The translations under genes were made by a program, and so were the position numbers. From a virus (lineage: Duplodnaviria; Caudoviricetes), in the IMG/VR virus record IMGVR_UViG_2974625740_000001, positions 1 through 64,000 of that record: a DNA stretch of 64,000 nucleotides. The stretch is one strand, 5' to 3'. Position 1 is the first letter of the stretch. The number at the start of each line of letters is the position of its first letter. This document shows, piece by piece, positions 9,539 through 19,603 of this stretch. The notes beneath the pieces are model-generated. The model saw nothing but the letters and a program-made list of their open reading frames with translations. It had not been told where the DNA came from and ran no database searches.

Positions 9539-12500
9539 ATGGCCCGGCTGTGGACCTGTGGATTCGAGAGCCAGAGCGCAACGCTTGAACTCGGGGTGAA
9601 CTCCGGTACGATCGCTGGCGGAGTGACCCCGGACATCTCGACCACGGTGAAACGCCGGGGCACCGCCTCCCTCCGGTCACACCCGACGACCAACCAGTCC
9701 TACGTCGAGCACCAGATCGACACGGGCACGGTAAAGCGCACGTTGCACCGCCTGTATCTGCGCGTAGCCACGCGCCCGAGCGTGGACACGAACGTCTACG
9801 CCATCGGCCAAGCTGGTTACTTCCCGGCGTCGCTCCGGCTGCTCACCACGGGCGAGCTGGTGTTGCGCGACAGTTTTTCGGGGACCACCTTGACGGGCAC
9901 CAGCGCGGTGCTCGACCTGGACCGGTGGTACCGCGTCGAGCTGGACTACACCGACGTTGCGGGCACCCCGGCATCGGGCGTGTCGGCGTTCAAGGGGTAC
10001 CTTGATGGAGCCCTGTTCGCCGACGCCATGTGCGCCAACATCAACGGCTGGTCGCGCGTCCGCATGGGCATCAACGGCGTGAACGCGACGGCCGACATCT
10101 TCATCGACGACGTTGCCGTGAACGACACGGCGGGGTCGGTCCAGAACGGCCTTCCCGGGTCCGGTTGCGTGGTCCACCTGCTGCCCAACGCGGCTGGTGA
10201 CAACAACCTCTTCGAGACCGCCATCGGCGGAACGGCTGGCGCAGCCAACAACTACACGCGGGTGGCGGAACGTACCCCGGACGATTCGACCTCGTACAAC
10301 CAGACGGCGGCCACCGGAACCACGACGATCGACGATTTCAACCTGACTTCGTCGGCAGACGCGGGCATCGGCTCGGCCGACTCGATCACCTGCGTGCAGG
10401 TCGGTGGACGGGTCAGTTCGGACGCCCTCACGGCGGCCAACCTGGTGTACCGGCTGAAGTCGCAAGCGGCTGGCACCGTGGCGGAGTCGGCCAGCTTTCC
10501 GGTCAACAACACGGGATCGGCTGGCGCGTGGTCGGCCCACCGGGGCCAGTCTCCGAGGCCGTACCAACTGACCTCGTACACGGACCCGCAGGACGGCAGC
10601 GCGTGGACGGCGGCCAAGCTCGACAGCGCACAGATCGGGTATCGGTCGAGCGTCAGCCAGACCACCATCCGCCGAGTGACGGCGGTGTGGGCCCTGGTCG
10701 AGTTCGTGCCGCGATTCGCCCTGGGCGTCGCCAGCGAACCCACCACCGCCCACGCGTTGGGGTACGCACAGTCGGCGTTCCCGGTCAAGACCCTGGTCGA
10801 CGACTTCGACGACAACACGGTCGACACCGGCCTTTGGCCCAACTCGTTCGGCACGTACAGCGAGACCGGCGGCAAGGCGCACGTCGCGGTGAACACCGGG
10901 TACAACGCCTACTCAAGCGCCAAGGCGTACCGACTCCAGAACAGCCAACTGACCTTCCAGATCATGCCGCCGACGATCCCGGACGGAGCGACCGAGGCTT
11001 GGGCCCAGGTCCTCATCAAGTCCAACGTCGAGGGCACGGACCTGGGATTCGAGGTCGGCATTGGATCGGGCAACACGGTCTGTTTCAACAGGACCGGGTA
11101 CTTCGACGCTGAGGCCGCGTATCTGACGTACAACGCCACCGCCCACGCGTGGATGCGCATCCGGGAATCGGGCGGACAGGTCTTCTTCGACACCGCGCCG
11201 GACGGCCACACCTGGACGAATCGCCGAACCATCACGAGCCCGGCGTGGGTGGCGGACGGCGACCTTGAAGTCCAGATGATCGCCCACCGGGCGGACGGTA
11301 CGGACAACTTCGTCGACTACGACAACATCAACGTCCTGCCGCCCTACCTGACCAGCATCAGCTTCGCGACATCGACCAACTTCGGTCGTGCGCTGGCCAT
11401 GCGTAAGACCCGGTCGATCGGGTTCGCCACCGCCAGCCAGACGGCGCACGCCTTCACGGTCACCAAGCGGCGGTCGATCGGGCTGGCGTCGACCACCACC
11501 ACGGCCCGGGGCGTGACCCGGTCCAAGTCCAAGGGGTTGGGAGCAGCGGCCAGCGGCGTTTCTGCCATGGCGCTCAAGGCACTGCGCCTGATCCCCATCG
11601 GGTCCGGCAGCGTGGCGAATTCGGGGCATGGGCTGGACCCGAACAAGCTGCGGACGCTGGGCAACCCGGCCCGTACGGCAGACCAGGCTTCCTCACAGAC
11701 GGCCCGGAAGCGAGCCCCCGTGGGTTCGGCCGCTCAAGCCGTCACTGGTCTTGCCGTACGGGCCCTCAGGATCATCGGCACCGGGTTGGCGAGCCAGGCC
11801 AGCAGCGCTCACGTCGTGAGTCCGGCAAAGTCGGGTGGAGTGGCACCCGCTGCGAGCCAGCAATCCGCCAACCCGGTGTCGGTGCGCAAGTCACTGGTTA
11901 TCGGGGCTGCGGCCACGGAGACCACCACGGAGGCCCTCCGGGCGTACCGCCGGTACTCGGTGGCCCCGGGCGGCTCCCAGGCCACGGGATGGCCCGTCGT
12001 GGCCCTGTCTGGGGCCAGCCTGGAGCCCGCCACGGCCACGGAGCAGGCCCACGAGCTGGGCCACCGGCGCTCTGCGACACTCAGTGACGCCGCGACCACT
12101 ACCAGTGGGCACGCGGTGACAGCCTCCAAGCACGACCCCCGGTCGACCCCGGCTGAAGCGGTCGACTCGGCCCACGCCCTGGTCCCGCGCAAGTTGCGGA
12201 ATCTGGGTCGGGCCCTTCAAGCCGACGCTGCCCGACCTCCAGCGGGCAGCGTCAAACTACTCCAGGTCGGCGTGGCCACCTCCACCCACCTGGGGAGCGG
12301 GACCGAGGTTACCAAGCGGTCTTACCTCGGTCCCGCCCAGTCGACGCACACCGCGACGGCGATCGACCCCAACAAGCTCGGACGTCTCGACGCAGCCGAC
12401 ACCGCCACCGCTGCACACGCGGTGACCTGGAAGCGTCGCACCAGTCTGGGCTTGGCAGGGTTGGCCGACACAGGTCGCGCTCTGGACGTCGACAAGACTC

Positions 12501-12871
12501 GTCACCTCGTCAATGGTGCGGTAGCAACCACGACGGCGGGGGTGGCGGTTCGCAAGACTCGATCGGTAGATCGAGGCATCACGCTGGTGTCCGGGCTTGA
12601 CGTCCGGGCCTCCAAGCGTGTGATCCTCGGTGTGGCGTCCGAGACGAGCGAGACACACGAGATCGAGCTGGCCGTCCTCAACCGCCTGTTGGGGAACGCC
12701 AGCGAGTTCTACTACGCCCACACGTTGGGCGTTGTCAAGCAGCGTCCGGCTGACAGCCTGACGCCGGGTATCACCGAACCTGGGTTGATCCCGGGAACGA
12801 CCGGACCCGGTCTGACGGCCAGCACCAGCGGACCGAACCTGACCGCCTACACGACCTCGGGAGGTTCGTAA
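9539..12871 (+). CDS. Large fibre/spike-like virion protein (lectin-like N-terminus, 20-aa repeat shaft)
   Basis: 1110 aa; N-terminal beta-sandwich-like regions (LDLDRWYRVEL); ~23 repeats of K/R-x-x-x-L/I-G-x-A in C-terminal half. Confidence 0.6.
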   Translation: MARLWTCGFESQSATLELGVNSGTIAGGVTPDISTTVKRRGTASLRSHPTTNQSYVEHQIDTGTVKRTLHRLYLRVATRPSVDTNVYAIGQAGYFPASLRLLTTGELVLRDSFSGTTLTGTSAVLDLDRWYRVELDYTDVAGTPASGVSAFKGYLDGALFADAMCANINGWSRVRMGINGVNATADIFIDDVAVNDTAGSVQNGLPGSGCVVHLLPNAAGDNNLFETAIGGTAGAANNYTRVAERTPDDSTSYNQTAATGTTTIDDFNLTSSADAGIGSADSITCVQVGGRVSSDALTAANLVYRLKSQAAGTVAESASFPVNNTGSAGAWSAHRGQSPRPYQLTSYTDPQDGSAWTAAKLDSAQIGYRSSVSQTTIRRVTAVWALVEFVPRFALGVASEPTTAHALGYAQSAFPVKTLVDDFDDNTVDTGLWPNSFGTYSETGGKAHVAVNTGYNAYSSAKAYRLQNSQLTFQIMPPTIPDGATEAWAQVLIKSNVEGTDLGFEVGIGSGNTVCFNRTGYFDAEAAYLTYNATAHAWMRIRESGGQVFFDTAPDGHTWTNRRTITSPAWVADGDLEVQMIAHRADGTDNFVDYDNINVLPPYLTSISFATSTNFGRALAMRKTRSIGFATASQTAHAFTVTKRRSIGLASTTTTARGVTRSKSKGLGAAASGVSAMALKALRLIPIGSGSVANSGHGLDPNKLRTLGNPARTADQASSQTARKRAPVGSAAQAVTGLAVRALRIIGTGLASQASSAHVVSPAKSGGVAPAASQQSANPVSVRKSLVIGAAATETTTEALRAYRRYSVAPGGSQATGWPVVALSGASLEPATATEQAHELGHRRSATLSDAATTTSGHAVTASKHDPRSTPAEAVDSAHALVPRKLRNLGRALQADAARPPAGSVKLLQVGVATSTHLGSGTEVTKRSYLGPAQSTHTATAIDPNKLGRLDAADTATAAHAVTWKRRTSLGLAGLADTGRALDVDKTRHLVNGAVATTTAGVAVRKTRSVDRGITLVSGLDVRASKRVILGVASETSETHEIELAVLNRLLGNASEFYYAHTLGVVKQRPADSLTPGITEPGLIPGTTGPGLTASTSGPNLTAYTTSGGS

Positions 12872-13530
12872 TGCCGGATGCCGGAGACCAGATCACGGCA
12901 ACCCTGCTGGTCTCGCCTTTCGATGGGACGACCGACGCGACCCTGGTCGCGACCAAGCCCAACGGCACCACCACGGCCCCGACCGCCACCACGGAGGACG
13001 ACGGCCAGACCTGGACCGCCCCGATCCTCCTGGATCAGGCCGGGACCTGGATCTTGAAGTGGACCGTGGTCGGGACCGGGGCGTCGGTCGAGTACCAGGA
13101 GATCGGGGTCGGTCCGGGTCTGACCTACACGGACCCGGATCTCCGGATCTACGCCACGACCACGGATCTGGCCAACTTCCTCCGATCCGCTCCTCCGGCC
13201 GGAGCCCAAAAGCTCCTGGAGGACGCCAGCCGCAAGATGACCGGCGTCCTGCTCACTGCGGTCTACGCGACCGACGAGGACGGTTACCCCTCGAACCTCA
13301 CCCAGAAGAAGGCTATCGCAGACGCGACGTGTGCTATCGTCGAGTGGTGGGGCGAGACGGGTGACGTCCTCGGCACCGATGGCAACTGGACGTCAGCCAG
13401 CGCGGGCAACGTGAGCGTCAGCCGGGACGCCGGATCGACCACCGTGGTAAACAACGAGCGCATCCCCTGGAAGGCGTTCAACATCCTGATGGACGCCAAG
13501 GTTCTGCCGGGGGTGGTGTATCAGAGATGA
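12871..13530 (+). CDS. Head-to-tail adaptor with N-terminal Ig-like extension
   Basis: YATTTDLA..L and ADATCAIVEWW motifs; position. Confidence 0.75.
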   Translation: MPDAGDQITATLLVSPFDGTTDATLVATKPNGTTTAPTATTEDDGQTWTAPILLDQAGTWILKWTVVGTGASVEYQEIGVGPGLTYTDPDLRIYATTTDLANFLRSAPPAGAQKLLEDASRKMTGVLLTAVYATDEDGYPSNLTQKKAIADATCAIVEWWGETGDVLGTDGNWTSASAGNVSVSRDAGSTTVVNNERIPWKAFNILMDAKVLPGVVYQR

Positions 13531-13844
13531 AGCAGATCCCCGGTTTCATGATGCGGCACAAGATCTTCGTTGAGCCGTTCATCGGAACCAACGCCGCTGG
13601 CGAGGTCTACGGCCTCAAGGCCGAGGTCAAGTGCCATTTCATCGAGAAACGCCAGATGGTGCGCAACGCTCAGGGCGAAGAGGTCACGTCGAACTCGTCC
13701 TACATCACCACTCCCGACCACCGACCGAAGGAGAACAGCCGGGTGCTGACTCCTACGGGTGGAACGGCGAAGGTGGTCGCGGTCGAGTACAACTCGTGGC
13801 CCGGGATGGACGTTCCCGCCAACACCGCCGTGTACCTGGATTGA
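13527..13844 (+). CDS. Head-to-tail stopper
   Basis: 105 aa; MVRNAQGEEVTS motif; neck gene order. Confidence 0.75.
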   Translation: MKQIPGFMMRHKIFVEPFIGTNAAGEVYGLKAEVKCHFIEKRQMVRNAQGEEVTSNSSYITTPDHRPKENSRVLTPTGGTAKVVAVEYNSWPGMDVPANTAVYLD

Positions 13845-13846
13845 TC

Positions 13847-14200
13847 ATGGGCCAAATGTACCGGATGGACTGGCAAGGCCGACGCGTCTGGACGAGGCGA
13901 GGCAAAGCCAGGGCGGCACGAGGTCTGCAACTCGCCCTTGAGCACGTGCTGGCGGAGAGCAACAAGATCATCCCGTTGGAAGAAGGCACGTTGATGCGGT
14001 CTGGTCAGACCAGCGTCGACGAAGCGAGCTTGACAGGCACGGTCAGCTACGGTACCCCGTACGCCGTCCGCCAGCACGAGGAACTGACCTGGCGTCACGC
14101 CCCTGGCAGGCAGGCGAAGTACCTGGAGACCGCAGTCAACACGAGCCGTCAGGAGTGCCTTCGAATCATGCAGGCCGAACTAAGGAGGTGGCTGAGTTGA
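13847..14200 (+). CDS. Neck / minor structural protein (HK97 gp10-like)
   Basis: PLEEGTLMRSG, YGTPYAVRQHE and GRQAKYLE motifs. Confidence 0.75.
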   Translation: MGQMYRMDWQGRRVWTRRGKARAARGLQLALEHVLAESNKIIPLEEGTLMRSGQTSVDEASLTGTVSYGTPYAVRQHEELTWRHAPGRQAKYLETAVNTSRQECLRIMQAELRRWLS

Positions 14201-14646
14201 GCACTCCTGCGGAGGAGGGCTACAACACCCGGTTGATCACCGGGGTCGGCCAGCTCCTGGACGACGAGGGCATCGGCGTCTTCGCGACGACCGGAACCTA
14301 CGCCGCTGACGCATGGGCCGTGTTCATCGGCCTTACACCCGATCAGCCGGACCGGGCCATCACCTTGATGACCTATCCGGTCGAGGACACCGACCTGACC
14401 TCGATGATCACGGGTTTGCAGGTCCGCTTTCGCGGCCAGCGCGACCCGCGTGAGGTCGAAAACACCTCGGACGCCGTTTACAACCTGCTCCACATGCGGG
14501 AGCACTACCGGTTGAACGACGTCCCGGTGAACCTGTCTTGGCGTCAGTCCGGCGCATGGATGGGTCAGGACCAGAATCAGCGAATCGAGCGCGTGGAGAA
14601 CTTCTACCTACGCACCGAGCGCGAATCCCCGCATTTGAAACTCTGA
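14197..14646 (+). CDS. Tail terminator
   Basis: PDQPDRAITL and LQVRFRG motifs; TTG start after AAGGAGG; precedes major tail gene. Confidence 0.75.
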   Translation: MSTPAEEGYNTRLITGVGQLLDDEGIGVFATTGTYAADAWAVFIGLTPDQPDRAITLMTYPVEDTDLTSMITGLQVRFRGQRDPREVENTSDAVYNLLHMREHYRLNDVPVNLSWRQSGAWMGQDQNQRIERVENFYLRTERESPHLKL

Positions 14647-14660
14647 GGAGGCACGAGGTC

Positions 14661-15134
14661 ATGTCGACCCCCACCCCCACCACCGCGCTCGCCCGTCGGT
14701 GGAAGTCTGACATCAACCTGGGCACCGACAGCGTGCCCGACTGGCAGCCGCTGATCGCGATCACCGAGTTCCAGCCGACGTTCCCGCCCAACATCGAGGA
14801 GTCGTCGACGTACGACTCGGACGGCTGGGCCGAGAACGAGAAGACGGCGCAGAGCTGGGAGGTGGCGGTCACCTTCAACCGGCGCATCAACGACCAGACC
14901 CTGGTGTACAACGACGTTCACGAGGCCATCCGGCTGGCCGCGTTCGCGTACGGGTCGGCCGCGCGGGTGCACCTGCGCTTCTACGACCGGAACGGCCTCC
15001 CCGAGGCGTACGAGGGCAAGGCCCTGGTCGAGTGGGAGGACCAGGGCGGCGAGTACAACGCCCTCGGCCAGGTCTCCGCCACCTTCACGGGTGACGGCGC
15101 GCTGGAGCTGATCGATAACCCGTTGGCCGCCTGA
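14661..15134 (+). CDS. Major tail protein
   Basis: STYDSDGW, VHLRFYDRNG and TFTGDG motifs; position. Confidence 0.8.
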   Translation: MSTPTPTTALARRWKSDINLGTDSVPDWQPLIAITEFQPTFPPNIEESSTYDSDGWAENEKTAQSWEVAVTFNRRINDQTLVYNDVHEAIRLAAFAYGSAARVHLRFYDRNGLPEAYEGKALVEWEDQGGEYNALGQVSATFTGDGALELIDNPLAA

Positions 15135-15703
15135 TGGGCGGTCGCTTCGAAGCTCTGGATGAACTCCTCGACGAGTACATCGAGCTTCCGGTCCCCGTGG
15201 GGGATCGTGACGGGAACGGCAAGCAGAAGCGGATCACGTACCGCATCGAGTCGCCCAGCGGTCGCGACGGCCTGAAGATCGAGGCCATCACTCAGGCCGC
15301 TGTCACCCTGGTGCAGGGCGGCGAGGACATCAACACCGAGTTGCTCGACGACGACGAGGAGCGCGACACGTTCAAGCTCCTGCTCGGCGACACGTACGAG
15401 ACGATGCTGAAGGACGGCGTCAAGTGGGTGTGGCTCCGCCACTCCGCCCTCACGGTGCTGATGTGGGTCAACTCCGGGTTGCAGACCGCTGAGCAGTACT
15501 GGGCCTCGGCAGGCGACCCGGAACGCCTGGCCCGGAATCGGGCGGAACGGCGATCGAAGCAGCAGGGCTCATCGGCTGCGGCGAAGTCGACCCGACGACG
15601 GGCCTCCACGAGTGGTACGAACCGAGGCCGGGGTACCGGAGGCCGCCAGCGCCAGGGCAACCCGGCATCACATGGGAAAAGCTCCTCGACGAGTGGCCAC
15701 TGA
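15134..15703 (+). CDS. Tail assembly chaperone (short form)
   Basis: Between major tail and tape measure genes; RNRAERR motif. Confidence 0.8.
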   Translation: MGGRFEALDELLDEYIELPVPVGDRDGNGKQKRITYRIESPSGRDGLKIEAITQAAVTLVQGGEDINTELLDDDEERDTFKLLLGDTYETMLKDGVKWVWLRHSALTVLMWVNSGLQTAEQYWASAGDPERLARNRAERRSKQQGSSAAAKSTRRRASTSGTNRGRGTGGRQRQGNPASHGKSSSTSGH

Positions 15704-15891
15704 TCGAGCGGGACCTTCACCAGGTCTACGGCATCGACATCCACGAGGTGCTCGACACCCGGTCATGGCGATGGCTCCAGTGCCGCATCATCGGCCTGCT
15801 CGAAACTGAGTGCCGGGTTCAGCGGCATTTCGCCCCACCGGAGAAACAACCGAACACGCGGAGCGGAGGAGGTGGTGGGCGGTGGCGCTGA
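15493..15891 (+). CDS. Tail assembly chaperone, -1 frame extension
   Basis: The -1 frame is open 15493-15891 and encodes WEKLLDEWPLIERDLHQVYGID...RSWRWLQCRIIGLL; no in-frame ATG/GTG/TTG precedes this block. Confidence 0.7.
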   Translation, partial: AVLGLGRRPGTPGPESGGTAIEAAGLIGCGEVDPTTGLHEWYEPRPGYRRPPAPGQPGITWEKLLDEWPLIERDLHQVYGIDIHEVLDTRSWRWLQCRIIGLLETECRVQRHFAPPEKQPNTRSGGGGGRWR

Positions 15892-18707
15892 CCATTGGTG
15901 AGCTGGTCGGTTTCATCCGGTTCGACCCGTCCGGAGTCGATGACGGAGCCAACCAGGCCGAGAACCGGATGCGGCAGCTCGGCAATGACATGGGCAACAC
16001 CGCCAACCAAGCGGGACAGTCGGCCGGTCAGCAGCTCGGAGACGGAATCGTCCGGGGTGCTGACGGCCGACTGCGCAACGCACAAGGTCAGTTCGTAGCG
16101 ACCGGTCGTCAGATCGGTGACAGCGTCGGTGACGGCGTTGCTGATGGCGCGTCCGCTGGTGGCGAGGAGGCCGCCGGGGGGCTCTCCACGGCCCTCGAAG
16201 GCGTCAAGGGCATGCTGATCGGTGGAGCCATCGGCGCGGCCCTCATGGAGGGCCTCGGACAGGCTCTCGAACAGGGCAACATCACCAGTCGTCTGGGTGC
16301 CCAGCTCGGTGCCACTCCGGCTGAAGCCGAGAAGTACGGTAAGATCGCCGGGTCGATGTACTCGCACGGTCTGACCGAGGATTTCCAGCAGGCCGCCGAC
16401 GCTATCCGGGCGACCATGTCGTCCGGTCTCGCGCCCCCGGGCGCAACCAACAGCCAGATCCAGTCGATCGCCACCAAGGTCAACGACCTGGCGAACACCT
16501 TCGAGCTGGACCTGGGCCAGTCGGCAAACGCGGTCGGCCAGATCATGAAGACGGGCCTGGCCCCAAACGCTCAGACCGCCTTGGACGTGATTACCCGTGG
16601 TTTGCAGGTCATGGGGCCCAGGGCGGACGATATTGCGGACACGTTCAACGAGTACTCGACGCTCTTCAGGCAGATGGGTCTATCTGCGGCCGACGCCACC
16701 GGCATCATGGCCCAGGGTCTCAAGGCTGGTGCTCGGGATACTGACGTCGTCGCGGACTCGCTCAAAGAGTTCGTGCTCATCGCGCAGGGTGGCGGCAAGG
16801 AAGTCGAGGGCGCGTTTCAGAAGATCGGCCTCAACGGCAAGGAGATGCAAAAGGTCTTCAGCGAGGGCGGTCCGAAGTCGAAGGAAGCCCTCGATAAGGT
16901 CTTCGACGCGCTGCGCAAGGTCAAGGACCCGGCAGACCGGTCGGGTCTCGCCCTCACGCTCTTCGGCACCAAAGCCGAGGACATGCAAAAGGCCCTGTTC
17001 GCGATCGACCCCAGCAAGGCCGAGGCCAGCCTGGGCAAGGTCGGCGGAGCGGCCAAGCGCATGGGCGACGCGCTGCACTCCGGCCCGAGCCACCAGATCG
17101 AGGTGTTCAAGCGCACCGCGATGCAGGGCATCGTCAACGTGATGGGGTCGTACGTCATCCCCGCGCTGATGAAGGTGCCCGGGTACGTCAAGGCGGTGGG
17201 GTCGGCGTTCAGTTCGGTCGTCAGCCACATCGCGGCCAACAAGGAAGTGTACATCGCCATCGCCTCGGTGATTACGGCGATCCTGCTTCCGTCGCTGATC
17301 ACGATGGCCACCACCGCCGTCACGTCGGCTGCTACTACGGTCACGGCCTGGGCCACTCAAGCCGCAGCCGCAGTGACCACCGGGGCCACGTACGTCGGCG
17401 TGAACGCCCTTATCCTGGCTGGATGGATCAGGCAGGGCGCGGCGGCTGCGGCGGCTGCGGCCCGGGTGGTCGCGGCGTGGGTCCTGATGGGTGTTCAGTC
17501 GATGATCCGGGCGGCACAGATGGCCGCAGCCTGGTTGATCGCGATGGGCCCGATCGGCTGGATCATTGCAGCCGTGGTCGCCCTGGTCGCGCTGATCATC
17601 GCTAACTGGGACAAGGTCAAGGCGTGGACGCTGGCCATCTGGGATTGGGTGTGGAACAAGATCAAGGGCATCGCCCAGTTCCTCCTTGATCTGTTCATGA
17701 ACTGGTCCCTGATCGGGTTGATCATCACCCACTGGGACACCATCAAGTCGGCCACCAAGGCGGCTTGGGACTGGGTGATGAACGCCATCAAGACGGTCTG
17801 GGAGTGGATCAAGACCGCCGTGGTGACGTACTTCAATTTCTACCTGACGATCATCCGAACCGTTTGGAACACCATCAAGTCGGTGAGCCAGTCGGTGTGG
17901 AACGGCATCAAATCGGTGATCACCACCGTTTGGAACGCCATCAAGTCGGGAATCACGACGGCCATCAACGCCGTGAAGTCCGTCATCAACACCGTGTGGA
18001 ACGGCATCAAGTCGCTGACCAGCACGGTGTGGAACTCGATCAAGTCCACGATCACGAACCTGATCAACGGCGCGAAGTCGGCCGTGTCGTCGGCGATTAA
18101 CTCCATCAAGGGGTTCTTCTCCAGCGGGTTCAACGCGGTGAAGTCGACCGTATCGAACGCCCTTTCGAACGTGGTCTCGACCATCAAGGGGCTGGCGGGT
18201 AAGGTCAAGTCGGCCGTCTCCGGCGCAGCCTCGTGGTTGGTCAACGCTGGTAAGTCGATCATCGAGGGCCTGATCAACGGCATTAAGTCGATGGCGGGCA
18301 AGGTCGGCGACGCGGTGAAGGGCGTCCTCAAGGGCGCGCGTGACCTGCTGCCGTTCTCCCCGGCCAAGAAGGGCCCGTTCTCCGGTAAGGGCTGGACGCT
18401 CTACTCCGGTCGGTCGATCTCCGAGGCCCTAGCCCGGGGTATCCTCCAGCGCAAGCAGAAGATCGCCGACGCGACCAAGCGCGCCGTCCTCGCGGCCAAG
18501 CGCGCACAGATCGCCACCGCTGCCCAGTCGACCAAGTTCCAGACCGGTCAGCAGTCCTACAGCGGCAAGAGCGACCAGGAGGGCGCAGCCGTTCAGAACG
18601 GTTACGGTGGCCGCATGCTCTCGATCCAGAACTACTACGAGTCCGACAGCGGTTCCGCCACCAAGACGGCGCTTGAGCTGGAGTGGCTCGCGAAGGTGAG
18701 GGGGTGA
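15882..18707 (+). CDS. Tape measure protein
   Basis: ~940 aa; GTG start MALTIGEL; Ala/Gly-rich; W..IK 11-residue periodicity; PFSPAKKGPFSG motif. Confidence 0.95.
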   Translation: MALTIGELVGFIRFDPSGVDDGANQAENRMRQLGNDMGNTANQAGQSAGQQLGDGIVRGADGRLRNAQGQFVATGRQIGDSVGDGVADGASAGGEEAAGGLSTALEGVKGMLIGGAIGAALMEGLGQALEQGNITSRLGAQLGATPAEAEKYGKIAGSMYSHGLTEDFQQAADAIRATMSSGLAPPGATNSQIQSIATKVNDLANTFELDLGQSANAVGQIMKTGLAPNAQTALDVITRGLQVMGPRADDIADTFNEYSTLFRQMGLSAADATGIMAQGLKAGARDTDVVADSLKEFVLIAQGGGKEVEGAFQKIGLNGKEMQKVFSEGGPKSKEALDKVFDALRKVKDPADRSGLALTLFGTKAEDMQKALFAIDPSKAEASLGKVGGAAKRMGDALHSGPSHQIEVFKRTAMQGIVNVMGSYVIPALMKVPGYVKAVGSAFSSVVSHIAANKEVYIAIASVITAILLPSLITMATTAVTSAATTVTAWATQAAAAVTTGATYVGVNALILAGWIRQGAAAAAAAARVVAAWVLMGVQSMIRAAQMAAAWLIAMGPIGWIIAAVVALVALIIANWDKVKAWTLAIWDWVWNKIKGIAQFLLDLFMNWSLIGLIITHWDTIKSATKAAWDWVMNAIKTVWEWIKTAVVTYFNFYLTIIRTVWNTIKSVSQSVWNGIKSVITTVWNAIKSGITTAINAVKSVINTVWNGIKSLTSTVWNSIKSTITNLINGAKSAVSSAINSIKGFFSSGFNAVKSTVSNALSNVVSTIKGLAGKVKSAVSGAASWLVNAGKSIIEGLINGIKSMAGKVGDAVKGVLKGARDLLPFSPAKKGPFSGKGWTLYSGRSISEALARGILQRKQKIADATKRAVLAAKRAQIATAAQSTKFQTGQQSYSGKSDQEGAAVQNGYGGRMLSIQNYYESDSGSATKTALELEWLAKVRG

Positions 18708-19594
18708 CGGTGGCTGCCATCAACTGGCAAGGGTCGCAGCCGGGGCACATGCAGTACGGGGACCTGCTCCTCGGCCCCGGGACGGCCTGGCGCTGGGACC
18801 AGCTCGAAGGGTGGGAGGACACGCCGGGGCTGGACTCCGGAACCGTCCTCAAGGCGTCCGCACACGGCGCGTGGCCCGGTATTCTCTACGCCCAGACTCG
18901 CACCGTGACCGCCAGCCTGGTGGTCCGGTGCGAGCCGGGCAACATGAATGGGACCATCCGCCAACTGTCGGCCGCCACCCCCATCGACGCCGAGGACGAG
19001 ATCCCGCTGGTGGTTCAGCTCGACGACGACGCTCCCCTGGTCATCTTCGCCCGGTGTACTCGACGCGCGTTCAGCGTGGTCGGGACGCATCGGAAGGGAC
19101 TGGCCCGGGGAGCGATCGAGTTCGAGGCCAGCGACCCTCGCCGGTACAGCCTGCTGGAAACGTCGCAGACGACCAGCCTGCCGCAGCCGGAACCCGGTCT
19201 GTCGTGGGACCTGGTGTTTCCGCTCGACTTCGGCGTACCGGGGTCCAGCGGAAACATCGACGCGGCCAACTCGGGGGACGCGCCGACGCACCCGCATTTC
19301 GCGATCACCGGGCCCTGTTCGCAGCCCTCGATCACGAATATCAACACGGGCGACCTGCTGGAGTACGACATCGACTTGAGCGCGTCCGATACGCTCTACG
19401 TCGACACCCTGCAGGGCACCGTGACGCTCAACGGCACCACGGCAAACCGCCTGTACACCGCCACCACCCGCAGCCAGCCGGAAGGGTCGTTCATCCTGAA
19501 GCCCGGTTCGTCGGCCCTGGCGTTTCGATCCGACGATTCAGAACCCGACCCGGCGTCGACCCTGACGGTCACTTGGCGCTCGGCTTTTTGGTAG
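18704..19594 (+). CDS. Distal tail protein (Dit-like)
   Basis: First gene after tape measure; FEASDPRRY and N.GDAPTHP motifs. Confidence 0.75.
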   Translation: MTVAAINWQGSQPGHMQYGDLLLGPGTAWRWDQLEGWEDTPGLDSGTVLKASAHGAWPGILYAQTRTVTASLVVRCEPGNMNGTIRQLSAATPIDAEDEIPLVVQLDDDAPLVIFARCTRRAFSVVGTHRKGLARGAIEFEASDPRRYSLLETSQTTSLPQPEPGLSWDLVFPLDFGVPGSSGNIDAANSGDAPTHPHFAITGPCSQPSITNINTGDLLEYDIDLSASDTLYVDTLQGTVTLNGTTANRLYTATTRSQPEGSFILKPGSSALAFRSDDSEPDPASTLTVTWRSAFW

Positions 19595-19603
19595 GAGGAC
19601 CAA

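Noticed and set aside
17600-18330. Periodic W..IK repeats and lower GC in the tape measure gene
   Set aside because: An 11-residue periodicity is a normal tape measure feature.
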